A DNA stretch of 34,282 nucleotides from the NCBI RefSeq assembly GCF_001194135.2, contig NC_068984.1:53063760-53098041 (forward strand), given 5' to 3'. The notes under the pieces were generated by a model that worked only from the letters and a program-made list of their open reading frames with translations, made no database searches and was not told where the DNA came from. Source of the DNA: Octopus bimaculoides. Lineage: Eukaryota. Below are positions 11,960-24,266 of the stretch, piece by piece. How positions within the stretch are numbered: position 1 is the stretch's first letter; every line of letters begins with the position of its first letter. Made by a program: the position numbers and the translations under genes.

Positions 11960-12225
11960 CTTTTCAGGGCTTCTGTGACTGGGGAATGAATATAGGATGT
12001 TAGTTATTGGAGCACTGCAGCCTTCAAAACTTCCATGCTTCCTGAGATTCGCCAACACTACACTTGATTTTCTCCCCTCCATACACACGCAAGCATGTAT
12101 CTGACTCATACACTGTTCTCTTTTCAAACATTTGTACAATACTGCATATGCTTTATGTGCACTTTTGACAAGTTGTAGTGCACCTGAGCACTGTATACAA
12201 TAATTTTATTATTATATTATCATTA
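11960..12225 (+). mobile_element. LINE 3' UTR with (ATT)n tail
   Basis: GC-richer segment ending gtgcacctgagcactgtatacaataattttattattattattat. Clade not assignable from the sequence. Confidence 0.5.
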
Positions 12226-13263
12226 TCCTCAAAGGGGAGGCTTGGTCCAAAGCTTGCAACAAGGTGGATTCTAATAAAAGCACCCAAAGTTCATGCAGCA
12301 ACAGGTTGAGCCTATCACTGTCAGTGACCAAACTATTAACAAGACTGGTTAACCCAAGACTATGCTAGAAGACACTTCTTCCATAACCACTCAGCCATGT
12401 CTGCATTCATATACAGAGATCTTTACTTCAATGCTTCAACATTTTCGTTTTCACTAAAGATAACTTTATTGTTGGCAAAATAAATCTTAGTAAGATGTTA
12501 AAGTTTAGACTATTAGCAACACAATCACCTTATAAGAACATTGGCTCTGAATCCAAGAAAGAGATCATTAGTTTAGCTACATATTGTATTCAATCCTCAT
12601 ACATAGTTAATAAGTGTTGTTTCTATGCAACACTAGTGTTTAGGGTATTGGTTAGCCTTTATTGGCCTTGATCTTAATTAACAACCAGATACACCACCTA
12701 TTTTCCTAATTAACCATCTCCAGATGCTAGTACACTTGGCAATTCAATCTAATATATTTTAGAGACATTGTAGCTCCAGCTGGAAACTGTAACAAATCCA
12801 CACACTCAGTTTGCTAAGAACTTAAAACAGTAACAGGAGATCACCACTAAAAGAGCCTCTATAAGGTGACTTCAACTTGTTGGAAATAGCAACCAAATCA
12901 CTCTCAAATTACATCTCATCCTCTTAAAAAAAGAAGGATATGTTGAATAAGGTAGTCCCGGATATACAATGTCTGAGAGATGTTCAGCGTGAAGAAGACT
13001 GGAACAACTGCTCATAGGTGTGCTTACAGAGAAATGACCTGGGGCTAATGCTACTTTTACATGGAATGAGAATCTTAGTTGAACCACAGTGACTCTTACA
13101 TGGATTCCACCTGCAATGGCATGGTCACCCAAAGTCTATTTTCTTCAGTAAATACAACACTCAAGTCATAGGAGTTGATCTTGTTGACAAAGCTAAACAA
13201 TAACAAAATCAAGTCCAGCCTTCACACAACACTTAAGAATCAAGGACTGTGAAAAAAGTTCCA

Positions 13264-13476
13264 TAAACTTTTAACATTCAGATTACTGTCAAATGTATCA
13301 CATTGTTTTGAATTAATCATGCAATATCTTGTAGCTTCAAGATTTTGATGATGTGATTGTATATTTCTAGAATGACATTATTAGTTAGACAAAAGAGGCC
13401 AGATCTACTGGATTTCAACATAAAATGGGCAGAATATTTGGGTCAGATATGGTTACTTTAAATGCTTAAGGGTTAA
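13264..13476. mobile_element. piggyBac-type MITE family E (inverted relative to 4062-4285)
   Basis: Body is the reverse complement of 4062-4285 and ends aatgcttaagggTTAA. Confidence 0.7.
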
Positions 13477-13710
13477 ACATTAGTTGATATATATAATGCA
13501 ATTAAAAATCCCATCTCTGAGCTTGATACCCTACAAGTTTAAAAATTCAATTTCAATACTTGATCACTTCACACATATAGCAATTTTTTTTTATAAAGGC
13601 ATGAATATCACAAACTTCTATTTTCACTTTCTGGTAATCATTATCTAAAAAAAAATCATTTGTTCTATTTAAATTTTTGAATTATAAACGTTATTACCAA
13701 CAGAAATCTA

Positions 13711-13930
13711 TTAATTCTTTTGTTACCATATTTTTTATTGAGAAGCACTACCTTTGTTTCAATTAATTTTAAAAATAATGAATGCAAAATAATTTTGTCA
13801 TTATTAAGCTGGTGTTTGGAACAAATTAACATAAAATTCTGATGGAAGATTTAATTTAGATCACTTTTAAAACAAGCTGACATCATAAAACCACAGGCAG
13901 TCTCAGGCAGGTTGATATCAAAAGGGGTAA
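13711..13930. mobile_element. TTAA-MITE family F
   Basis: ttaattcttttgttacc ... gatatcaaaaggggtaa, with internal cattattaagctggtgtttggaaca. Confidence 0.6.
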
Positions 13931-14847
13931 TACCAGTGACAAACACTGCTACTTTTCACAACAAATGATGCCAGTGTATGTCAGTGTGACAATATCAGTC
14001 TGCCAATGCTATGTAAAACAGTAATATTTACAAACCTATGAAGCTTCAGAACATTTAGACTTATTCATTTTTAAGTCAAATTCTCAATTTTGTTTGCAAA
14101 TTTCAATCTTACTTTGCAGTTCTTCAAATGATCAAAATAAAAATTTTTTTTTTAAAATTATCACACATTTATTTGCAAACCTTGCAGCCCATGAGATCAC
14201 ACAATGAGCTGAGGTAGAATCTGAACAACTGCCAGACCTGATAAAATTAGCAACCTAATTCTCCATCAAAACCCCTTATCAAAGAAAAAATGTACCAGAA
14301 AATTCAAACGTAAATACAGAAAAAAAAAAAACAAAAAAAAAAAAGAAAACTGAGTTGGTCATACCGATTTACTGGATGAGATGCCAAACTAGAACACTGA
14401 TTCAATGATTTAGTGACATATTTATAAATTTAACGGTATTAAAGTGTTCTGCTCTAGTTATAATATCTTCAAAAAGCTTAATAAACACTGAGACACAAGT
14501 ATTTCATTTGTCAAATCATTACTTTCTCTTGACTACACATACTGTATTTAGTGATACTATAAATAGGTGGCTTCTAAGTGGTTGCTCAACATACCAGATA
14601 TAGCAGTCAAATCTATCTGAAAGCACAACCTACTGTTTTAAAGAAACAGACATTGTTATCCCAGATACACCATCTGAAGAACAAAAAGGACACAATGATG
14701 ACAACTGGAATGCCTTTTGATCATACGAATATTTGCTAGGGATGACCTTAGACTAAACAGCAATAACTTTGAAGAAAGGAGACAATGAATGAGTCTCTAT
14801 ATGACATGCTAGAAATAGCAAATCTCATTCAAATCACATTGATATAT

Positions 14848-15231
14848 TCTTTTATTTTGTTATTCTTTTGTTTCAGTCATTTGACTGTGGCCATTTTGGA
14901 ACATCACCTTGAAGGGTTTTTAGTCAAATGAATTGACCCCAGGAATTATTTTTTTAAGCCTAGTGCTTATTCTACCGGTCTCTTTTGCTGAACTGCTAAG
15001 CTACAGGGACATAAACACACCAACACTGGTTGTCAAGTGATGATGGGAGGACAAACACAGATACAAATACACACGATGGGCATCTTTCAGTTTCCACCTA
15101 CCAAATCCACTCACAAGGCTTTGGTCAGCCTGAGGCTATTGTAGAAGACAATTGCCCAAGGTGCCATGCAGTAGGACTGAACCCAGAACCATGTGGTTGG
15201 GAAGTTAGCTTCTTACCACACAGCCATGCCT
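14848..15231 (-). mobile_element. tRNA-derived SINE family A, full length
   Basis: Reverse copy from ttcagtcatttgactgtggcc to cttaccacacagccatgcct. Confidence 0.85.
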
Positions 15232-16899
15232 ATAAAAAAAAAGGAATTATAAAACGGTACGGTTAAAGCTGGACCATAGGTTTGCTCAATCAGAGTTGAC
15301 CAGTGGCTAAACATGAACAATCCTGGAGAGATGAAAGGCAAAATCAGCTTGGCAGGATTTAAACTTGTAACTACACAGTATTCAGCTCAGCTCTTTGCAG
15401 TCTCAGCCAACTGCTCTTTCATAAGCTTAGAACTTTTTAACCAATGAATCATAGTAATCAGTCGGCTATTAGAAAACTTAAAGACCCTAGAATCAATGTT
15501 GCTGAACAAAGTTCAATCAAAATGTGAGATGAGTTTTCTCATGAATCTCTTAACGAAAACCTCACCAAAGAAGGGGTACCTCCAACACAATTCTTTAGCA
15601 GGTTAAACTATGTGTTTATAGACATAATAGGATAGCATTGTCTTTCAAATTATTGATTTTTCCCATTTCTCTTCAGATTACATCATCAGATGAGTTGTTT
15701 TTCAGGTATTACATCTAAGACTATGTTATCTAATGGGGTTTTTTACCGAGACTTGGAAGAGTACAATTTTGAGGGAAATTTGACTGCTACTTCATGCAGA
15801 TCAAGCAACTTCACAGACACTCACCACTCATTACGGCTTTTTTTTTTTAATTATACATATATTATATGCTTTTATACACAGTTAATTGCTGCTCTTTAGC
15901 TCCAGGCATCCCTGATTAAAGAGACTGCATTATCTGATGTGTCCCCCTTTTAAGACACTAAGTTATAGTTTCAGGAAGATTTGGTAGCTATTTCTAGCTG
16001 GTCAAGTGATTACAAAGAGGTTACATCACTGACTCGTATTCAAAGTTGCTTTTAGTGTAATCAATTCCAGATAGCAGACTGTATTACAAAGATCTTCTAA
16101 ATATAGTTTTAAAAAGGTGTACATCATAATGCTAATTTCAATATACCTTTACACATGTCAGAGCCAAACACCAAATCAAGTTTCTTTGAACAAACTTATG
16201 ATCAAAATTGTTTCAACTGAGAATTGTTTAATTTTTTTTTTAGACAGTTTATACCAAACTACATTGTCTAATGTATACTTCAAGTTTTTTAAGTCAGTAT
16301 GGTGTGATTCAAAGGAGATTTAGTTACTATTTCTAGCTGGTTGAAAAACCACATCCAAGCTTCTTTGGCTCGTATAATGCTTGTTAGAATGTATGTGAAA
16401 ATGGACAATTAATGACATGAAAATTGCCCCCACTGATCAAGCTATTTATTCCACCTGCAGAACAGGTTATTAATTAGCTGTCCATCTTCTGCAATAAAAG
16501 CTGTAAGCAAAAATATTCAGCTTGTTGTCATGGAATCTCAGAATAAAAATTAACCAAACAGTTTGAAGCTACATAATAGCTGTCAACTGTTGCTATGAAA
16601 ACACTTTAAAACGGTTGGTGATGATTGTTCAGCCCAAGGTAAGACCTCAACCAATTTAATGATCAAAGGAATTGCAGCTGTGACCATCCTTTTTTTTTTC
16701 TCTATTTTTTTCTTCTTTTTTTCAGTTAGTGTAGCAGGGACTATATTATCCAGTGTGTCCTTTCCTTTTCTAAGATTTTGAAGGCAATTTGACTGCTATT
16801 TCTAGCAATTTGAGCAATCTCACTGAAACTGCTTCATTGGTGGTTGTTATGTTAGTGTGGCTTATGACAGAGGTGATGATGCTGGTAATGGAAAATATG

Positions 16900-17256
16900 T
16901 TCTTGGCACTCCATCGCGGGTTCCAGTTGATCCAATCAACAGAACAGCCTGCTTGTGAAATTAACGTGCAAGTGGCTGAGCACTCCACAGATACGTGTAC
17001 CCTTAACGTAGTTCTCAGGGATATTCAGCATCACACAGTGTGACAAGGCTGACCCTTTGAATTACAGGCACAACAGAAACAGGAAGTAAGAGTGAGAGAA
17101 AGTTGTGTTGAAAGAGAACAGCAGGGTTCGCCACCATCCCCTGCCGGAGCCTCGTGGAGCTTTAGGTGTTTTCACTCAATAAACACTCACAACGCCCGGT
17201 CTAGGAATCGAAACCGTGAGTCCGCTGCCCTAACCACTGGGCCATTGCGCCTCCAC
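16900..17256 (-). mobile_element. Young tRNA-derived SINE (family B tail, different head)
   Basis: Head gtggaggcgcaatggcccagtggttagggcagcggactc...ggtttcgattcc (A box TGGCCCAGTGG, B box GGTTTCGATTCC). Many CpGs retained. Confidence 0.85.
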
Positions 17257-17639
17257 AATGGAAAATAAAGAAGCAAGAAAAGAGAAACACTGTAGTTAAA
17301 TGCAAAATGAACCAAGAATGTAATCTCTCAAACGTTTAGGAAAAACTTGTTAAAGTGTTGTAGTTAGTGTATAAACTTTAATGAGAGTGCATGATTAAGA
17401 ATTGAGTGAAATATTTCACAAATCAGGCAATAACTCAAAAAATATAAACGAGAGTCGGAATCATTAAAGCACTGAATAAAATGTTTTATGGTATTTAGTA
17501 ACAGCCCTTAATGTTCTGGGTTCAAAATCTGTGTAAGACAAGTTTACCTTTCATCCTTCCTGGCTCAAAGTACTAGTCAAGTACTGGGGTAGATTTGATC
17601 AACCATTTCTAAAGTTAAAAACTAACGCATTTAATGGGA

Positions 17640-17957
17640 CTATGAGAGGGGGTTAAGATTACACCTAGAAAGTTCCCCCACAAGGCACAAATCTGGGCAA
17701 ATTCGTTTGTGGAAAACCAGCAGTCATGTATGCATACTAGTCTTCCCTCTCCACACCACTAATGTTGTCCAAGTGAAAGGCAAAAGTGGACACAGTTTCG
17801 CACCAGTAACATCACAAATCATTACTACAGCTGAGTAAACTGGACCAATGTGAAATAAAGTACCTTGTTCAAGAACACAACAGCCTGATCCTGGAATTGA
17901 ACTCACAACCTCCTGATTGTAAGTCCAGTGCTCTAACCACTGAGTCATACACTTCAC
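17640..17957 (-). mobile_element. tRNA/CORE-like SINE with a distinct tail
   Basis: Head gtgaagtgtatgactcagtggttagagcactggac...gagttcaattccagg, then gtgttcttgaacaaggtactttatttcacattgg as in 1217-1536, with a different 3' part. Confidence 0.65.
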
Positions 17958-18174
17958 TAATGTATTTAACTTAATTATATGGTGAAAAGAAAACACTAAC
18001 CAATCACTAATACTTTTTCCATTTTCTGGCAAGTGCAGGAGACTCCTTCGGACACATTTTGGTCTTACATGGTTAATAAATAAACTATCAGCCTAATGCA
18101 GTGGAATCATTGTGTTCAGAGTTCAAATCCCACAGTAGAATACTGAGGTGGTAGACTTAATCTGTCATCTAAGG

Positions 18175-18325
18175 CAGTCATAAGTAAACTGCAGCCCACA
18201 GAACTTTCTGAATGGCACGCCAATGAAAATTGGCCTTGGTATATTTTTTTTGTTTGTAGTGAGGCCAGTAATGTTGAGCTATGTCTCATACATGCCTACT
18301 TCTAGAAAAAGGTTGTCCATGCCTG
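18175..18325. mobile_element. hAT (Charlie-like) MITE, same family as 8776-8914
   Basis: cagtcataagtaaactgcagcccac ... aggttgtccatgcctg. Flanks atctaagg / acctagag form a degenerate 8-bp TSD. Confidence 0.65.
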
Positions 18326-19684
18326 ACCTAGAGTGACACCACCACTTGACACCTTGGGTGCCTGGAAGAGAGTCCACTGTGTTGCAAGCATTCAGGCCAG
18401 GTGTCTGGTTTAATGATACCTTTCTTCTTCCTACCAGTTTCAGAAAACCTAAAGCAGTGTTTCCCACTCTATTTTAACCCAGGCCCCATAATATCTTTCC
18501 AGAAAAGTGTATGCCCCATTGGTTGTTGGGAAAACACATAGGTGTAACATGTTTGCTGTCAAAAAAGATTTTCACAATTCAACTAAAATACTTTAGAACT
18601 GACAGATTAACTCAGAGTGAACATGGTCAAGAATTTATTGATATTAGAAGAAAGCATAACTATAAGAAAGCAAAGAAGTAAAACTGAAATTTCATTGAAA
18701 TTCTAACAAAGCCAATTTTATCAAAGATTGTGACTTTATAACAATTTCACTGGAGATGAATAATAGAAAACATTAGATGAGATGCTTTATTGAATCTGGT
18801 TTAGTGTCCATTTAACCTGACAGACTGACATAGTCTTCCACCCCTCTAGAACCAATGAAATAAATACCAGTAAATCCTAAAGTTGATTCAGTTGTAACCT
18901 TTGTATGTAGATGGCAAAATGTATACAAGAGCCAATTGAATTAGTATAAATTTAATTAGGCACAAAAGCAATTGTACAATAACATAACTGACCTTGTACC
19001 TAGTTAAAAGAAATCAGTATGACTCCCACTAAGATTTAATATGAATTCCATTACACAAGTGAAGTACAAAAGTTAAATAAAATACTTTATTCTGTTTGCA
19101 TTAGTCTATTAAGGTTAAAAGTGGATATCAATCTGACTTGGTAATAGACAGGTTGATGAATTGTAAAGTCACTACTTTTTAAAGAAACCTTTGAATGGTT
19201 GTCAACTTTACTAATAATGACATCACTTAACCATAATTTGCAGAAATTAGATATTAAAAAAATATATTACTTTTTCTTTTCTTAAAGGAATAGTTTGACA
19301 ATCATGCCACTAAATGAATACTGAACCAGTAAATCATCTCATCCAACATTCTTCTTGTTTTAGTCATCTTCAGGAAAATGGTTATAAATCACAAACTTTG
19401 ATTAAAGTGGTTTTGTAAGAATTTTAATGAAACAAAATTTGTTTGATTCACAGTTTCAAACAAATTTAATTATTTGACATGAAAGTATTAAGATGAACAT
19501 TTCAAAGTAAGAAAAATTCTTTGCAATAAAATTACAGAGTTATTTCACTGAGAAGTGATACTACAAAGTGCTGCTACAACGGAGTTAATTATGATGTTAA
19601 ACATACATACTTTGAAGTATATTTTCACAGAAAAAACTTACCCAGCTACTTTAGGTTATATTAGAACAAGTATATAAATTTGAT

Positions 19685-19830
19685 TCGCAATCACATGATT
19701 TCCAGTTCCATCCCAATCATGTGACACCTTGGCAAGTCTCTTCTGCTGGCCTTGAGTTGACCAATGCCTTATGAGTGAAATTAGTATGAAAACCTGTTGT
19801 ATATGTATGTGTATGCTTGCATGTGTATTA
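19685..19830 (+). mobile_element. SINE family A, degraded 5' fragment
   Basis: cacatgatttccagttccatccca...gacaccttggcaagtctcttc...ttgaccaatgccttatgagtg. Confidence 0.5.
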
Positions 19831-20857
19831 GTATATGAATGCCTTTGATTGTGACATTGTCTCCTGTAAAACATACAGCAGCAGTTCAATATGTGAAGAC
19901 TGGAGTAGAGTATCTTATATATGCATGTACAATGATACTTTTAACACAGTACACTTGGGTGTAAGGAGATCTCTCACAGTGGAAATAGTGTCATCAGAAG
20001 ACTCTTGTCATAGACAACACACATTTCAATACTTTGTGCTATGAATGACACCATCAGTTCATGCATGCATGTGTTTTTGAAGAGTTACACATCATCAGCC
20101 ACAAATACCAAACAGCTTCTCACAGCTCCATTGTTCTCATGAAAAATAAGGTCTGATATGAGAAAGGGACTTGACCATAGAATACTATCTCAAGAACTCT
20201 CCTTCAGCAAATGACAACATGAGAAAGTGGATGTAAATGATGATGATGTCTAGTCTTTTTCATACAGCACTACCTTCACTCTTTCAGATAGAGAGATTGT
20301 TAAGTAACCTGCTGTGACTCTTTTAATTGTACCAGTTTACATTTGTCAGTATACTGGAGATAAGAACAGTGGTGATAGAATTTCCATGTTTCTATCATGT
20401 GTAGTATCTGGCTAAGTGAGGTTTTTGCGAAGTTGTTTAGAATGAACAAATATCACAACTTTGTTCATTGAACTTGATTTGAATAAAAGTTTTCAAATCT
20501 GGTTCTCATTTATGTAGCTTTCTGAAAGGCACTCTTCATAAGAAAAATGAAAAGGAAATGCAAATATCTCCTAAGCCTTTTTTGTTGTCTAGCACTTATC
20601 TCCAGTTTCTCGTCATAAAGTGGATGAGATAAATTTTCTGGAAAGTACAATCAGTTTACTTAGCCAACATTTCTAAACAAACTGGAAACTGCTGGGTAAA
20701 GTAAAATGCATAAAATTAGGTGCAATGATCAAATATCTGTAGTGGAGTTGCACTCAGTACTTAGGCTAGTAATTCAATATAACAGTCACTCAACTGCCTC
20801 AGGCACCAGTGCTAGTCTATCAAGATTTTAATTCAGCACTAATCATCATCATTTTAA

Positions 20858-21054
20858 CCCTTTTGTTACTGTATTAATTTTGAGATTCTTCATGTTTCTT
20901 TCAATTACTTTAAATATAACAAAGAATTTAGTAAAATAACTTAGTTGTCATTAAGCTAATGTTAGGAACATAAGATTTTAATTCAAAACTTATGAAAACA
21001 AGACATTTGTACTCAGAGCCAGAGCCGGTTTCAGCCGGGTTGGTAATGAAAGGG
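20858..21054. mobile_element. TTAA-MITE family F inserted into a retroelement tail
   Basis: TTAA at 20854-20857 and 21055-21058. TIRs cccttttgttac / gtaatgaaaggg. Confidence 0.8.
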
Positions 21055-21249
21055 TTAATGTCTATTTTTCTGTGCTTGCATGGGTCAAACTGTGTTTATT
21101 CAGGCAGATTTTTATAACCAAATGGCCTTCCTGTTGCCAACCCTTAACTGTTTCCAAGCAAGGTAATATTTCCCCATGGTCAGAAAATGTTTTTGCAGAG
21201 TACTGGAAATGAATGACATTCATTTTACAATATCATGTGATATCAAAGC

Positions 21250-21432
21250 AAGGTGACAGACAGACACACACACATGCATGCATGATGGGCTTCTTTTTAG
21301 CTTACATCTAAAAAATCCATCCACAAGACTTTGGTTAGCCTGGAGCTAAAGATTCTTGCCCAAGGTGTCAAACAATAGGACTGAACCCAAAACCATGTGG
21401 TTGAGAAGCAAACTTTACCACACAGCCATACT
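21250..21432 (-). mobile_element. SINE family A, 5' half
   Basis: Reverse copy ending ggactgaaccc...accacacagccata. Confidence 0.7.
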
Positions 21433-22040
21433 TATAATAATGGATTGCACCTCACCCTTAGCACCAGATTACATTAAGTTGCATTTCTCTCTTGTGATAC
21501 CAGCAAGCAGTCAGGTACATTGAGATGCCCATTGGAAGTTAATTATCTTTATCAGGGCCCCAATACAGTATTACAAATACAACACAGTATCAGTGGCAGG
21601 ATATAAACCCTCGAAATTTGAAGCTGACAGGATGACAGTTTAACGAGTCAGCCAACTGCAACACTCATCAATATCATAAAAACTACTAATTGGTTCTATG
21701 TGAAAGCCAAACAGTAGAAATGCTTATCAAAATCTAAATTGAATAATATCCTGTCATTCTGCAATGTTCCCCCCTCCAAAAGAGAAAAAAAAAGACAAAA
21801 TATATTTCCTTTCTCACAGAATTCTCATTTTTTTTTTTTTTTAATGATTATACTGTGTTCTCATTATACTAGCAACCCAAACTACTTATGTCAAAATATA
21901 GAAGGCATATTTTCTATAAACATGCATTATCGGATATATCAATCTAAGAAGGTTAGTGGTAGGCTCATCTGATTCCCCGACAAGAACAAGTAGTAATGAT
22001 AATTAAAAATTATCATCAGCTTTTCTTTTCATACTCTTTA

Positions 22041-22298
22041 TTAATCATTTTGTAACCAAATTGCTAATAAAATACATGGTTAATTCATTTCAGTTAATTT
22101 CAAAAATAATAAAGAACTATTTAGAATTTAGTAATTTAGTACAATAACTTCTTTCCATTATTAAGCTGGTGTTTGGAACAACAGTACTTGTATATAATTA
22201 TGATGGAATGTTCTATCTAAATATAAACACTTTAAACCAAGAAGTTTTATATGACAAAACCAGGGTCATGTCAAGTGGATTGGTTTCTTAAGGGTTAA
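22041..22298. mobile_element. TTAA-MITE family F
   Basis: ttaatcattttgtaacc ... ttaagggTTAA, with internal cattattaagctggtgtttggaaca. Confidence 0.6.
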
Positions 22299-23038
22299 GC
22301 ATTACTTGAGTAATTCTTGTACTGACATCTTCACACCACTAACATCTACACAAGCTTTTTCTATAATAAGGTTTTGTTAGTCAGTAATTTTTATTAATGT
22401 TCAGAACATAATTAAGTGGAATGAAACAAGGTACTGACATGATACATCATATCACATTAAAGCATTTCCCCAACTATAAAATACTTACACTATAATGTAA
22501 GCATGGCATACATTTAATTAATGTTACATACACGCTGCTTTGTAGATATACCATACATACTGTTGCTAAACAAACAGTACAGAGAGCCTCAACATGGTTG
22601 CTTGAATTGTGAGAAATAACAGCCAAATCATCTTCAGATCAGAACCAACCTTCTTACAATAAAAAATACAATGTATATATGTGTGTGTATATATATATGT
22701 ATGTATATGTGTGTGTGTGTGTATATGTATATGTGTGTGTATCTATATATATAAAAATGAGAATGTGAATCCCTAAAACTCGAGAACTACGCAACCAATT
22801 TCATTCAAATTTTACAGATGCCTTACTTAGGGTTCCAGTTGTGTTTTAGTCAAAAAAAAATTTTAACTTCTTCCAGAGTTCGAGCCCACAGCAACATAAT
22901 ATCTCCTCCACTATTTAAGTATTACGTGTCATAAGTGAAACAAAAACACTCATGTCAAATACTTTCACTTTAAAAATGAAACTATTCTACTAACTGAAAC
23001 AATCACATTTCGATACTGTAATGACAGATACTTTCACG

Positions 23039-23039
23039 G

Positions 23040-23100
<61 letters not shown>
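23039..23100. repeat. (GA)n microsatellite abutting an assembly gap
   Basis: Direct observation. Confidence 0.95.
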
Positions 23101-23925
23101 NNNNNNNNNNNNNNNNNNNNNNNNNNNNNNNNNNNNNNNNNNNNNNNNNNNNNNNNNNNNNNNNNNNNNNNNNNNNNNNNNNNNNNNNNNNNNNNNNNNN
23201 NNNNNNNNNNNNNNNNNNNNNNNNNNNNNNNNNNNNNNNNNNNNNNNNNNNNNNNNNNNNNNNNNNNNNNNNNNNNNNNNNNNNNNNNNNNNNNNNNNNN
23301 NNNNNNNNNNNNNNNNNNNNNNNNNNNNNNNNNNNNNNNNNNNNNNNNNNNNNNNNNNNNNNNNNNNNNNNNNNNNNNNNNNNNNNNNNNNNNNNNNNNN
23401 NNNNNNNNNNNNNNNNNNNNNNNNNNNNNNNNNNNNNNNNNNNNNNNNNNNNNNNNNNNNNNNNNNNNNNNNNNNNNNNNNNNNNNNNNNNNNNNNNNNN
23501 NNNNNNNNNNNNNNNNNNNNNNNNNNNNNNNNNNNNNNNNNNNNNNNNNNNNNNNNNNNNNNNNNNNNNNNNNNNNNNNNNNNNNNNNNNNNNNNNNNNN
23601 NNNNNNNNNNNNNNNNNNNNNNNNNNNNNNNNNNNNNNNNNNNNNNNNNNNNNNNNNNNNNNNNNNNNNNNNNNNNNNNNNNNNNNNNNNNNNNNNNNNN
23701 NNNNNNNNNNNNNNNNNNNNNNNNNNNNNNNNNNNNNNNNNNNNNNNNNNNNNNNNNNNNNNNNNNNNNNNNNNNNNNNNNNNNNNNNNNNNNNNNNNNN
23801 NNNNNNNNNNNNNNNNNNNNNNNNNNNNNNNNNNNNNNNNNNNNNNNNNNNNNNNNNNNNNNNNNNNNNNNNNNNNNNNNNNNNNNNNNNNNNNNNNNNN
23901 NNNNNNNNNNNNNNNNNNNNNNNNN
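23101..23925. other. Assembly gap (825 N); smaller gaps at 29355-29364, 31364-31373 and 33281-33345
   Basis: N runs, each beside a simple repeat. Confidence 1.
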
Positions 23926-24266
23926 ATAGGACAAGCTATTACTTCAAGTAAAGTAAAGAATAAGAAACTTTTTACGTAAAATATTGCAGCAAAGAATGCT
24001 AGTTCTTCTAATTTATCACTCTTTACAGTTCTCATCTTTTAAATTTATTGTACAAAACTGTTCAGCTAATTTGTAAGTTTGTCTAATTAGTCACTTTTTA
24101 TTGTATTTAAGGTAGTAAATTAGCCAAATTCTACTTACATAAGTATAGTGTTATTTGTAAACTATAATGAAATAAGTTTTAATATTCAAATTTTAATTTT
24201 AGCTGCAATATTTTAAGCAAAAAGTGTCTTATTCTTTACTTTACTAAAAGAAATAGCTTGTCCTAT
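23926..24266. mobile_element. Foldback/MITE with long inverted arms (left end hidden in the gap)
   Basis: ataggacaagctattacttcaagtaaagtaaagaataagaaactttttacgtaaaatattgcagc (from 23926) vs the reverse complement of about 24200-24266, ataggacaagctatttcttttagtaaagtaaagaataagacactttttgcttaaaatattgcagc. Confidence 0.75.

Noticed and set aside
16789-17043. 84-aa plus ORF with a hydrophobic stretch
   Set aside because: It spans a common repeat and the SINE tail; not a host gene.
17200-17256. tRNA-like sequence with A and B boxes (also at 1480-1536 and 17900-17957)
   Set aside because: These are SINE heads with broken cloverleaves and continue into SINE bodies; not tRNA genes.
18980-19000. Possible 7- or 11-nt minus-strand microexon (ttaactAG|gtacaag|GTCAGT); similar tiny candidates at about 12520-12537, 14111-14119 and 28945-28965
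   Set aside because: They break frame, introduce stops in phase 1, or have weak acceptors; not supportable without RNA data.
19656-19889. MNCCC... ORF considered as the prominin Cys-rich post-TM1 segment
   Set aside because: No preceding transmembrane helix and no suitable splice sites; it runs into a SINE fragment.
22990-24035. Three ORFs of about 300 aa
   Set aside because: They consist of N-gap and (GA)n; the non-N end lies in a foldback MITE arm.
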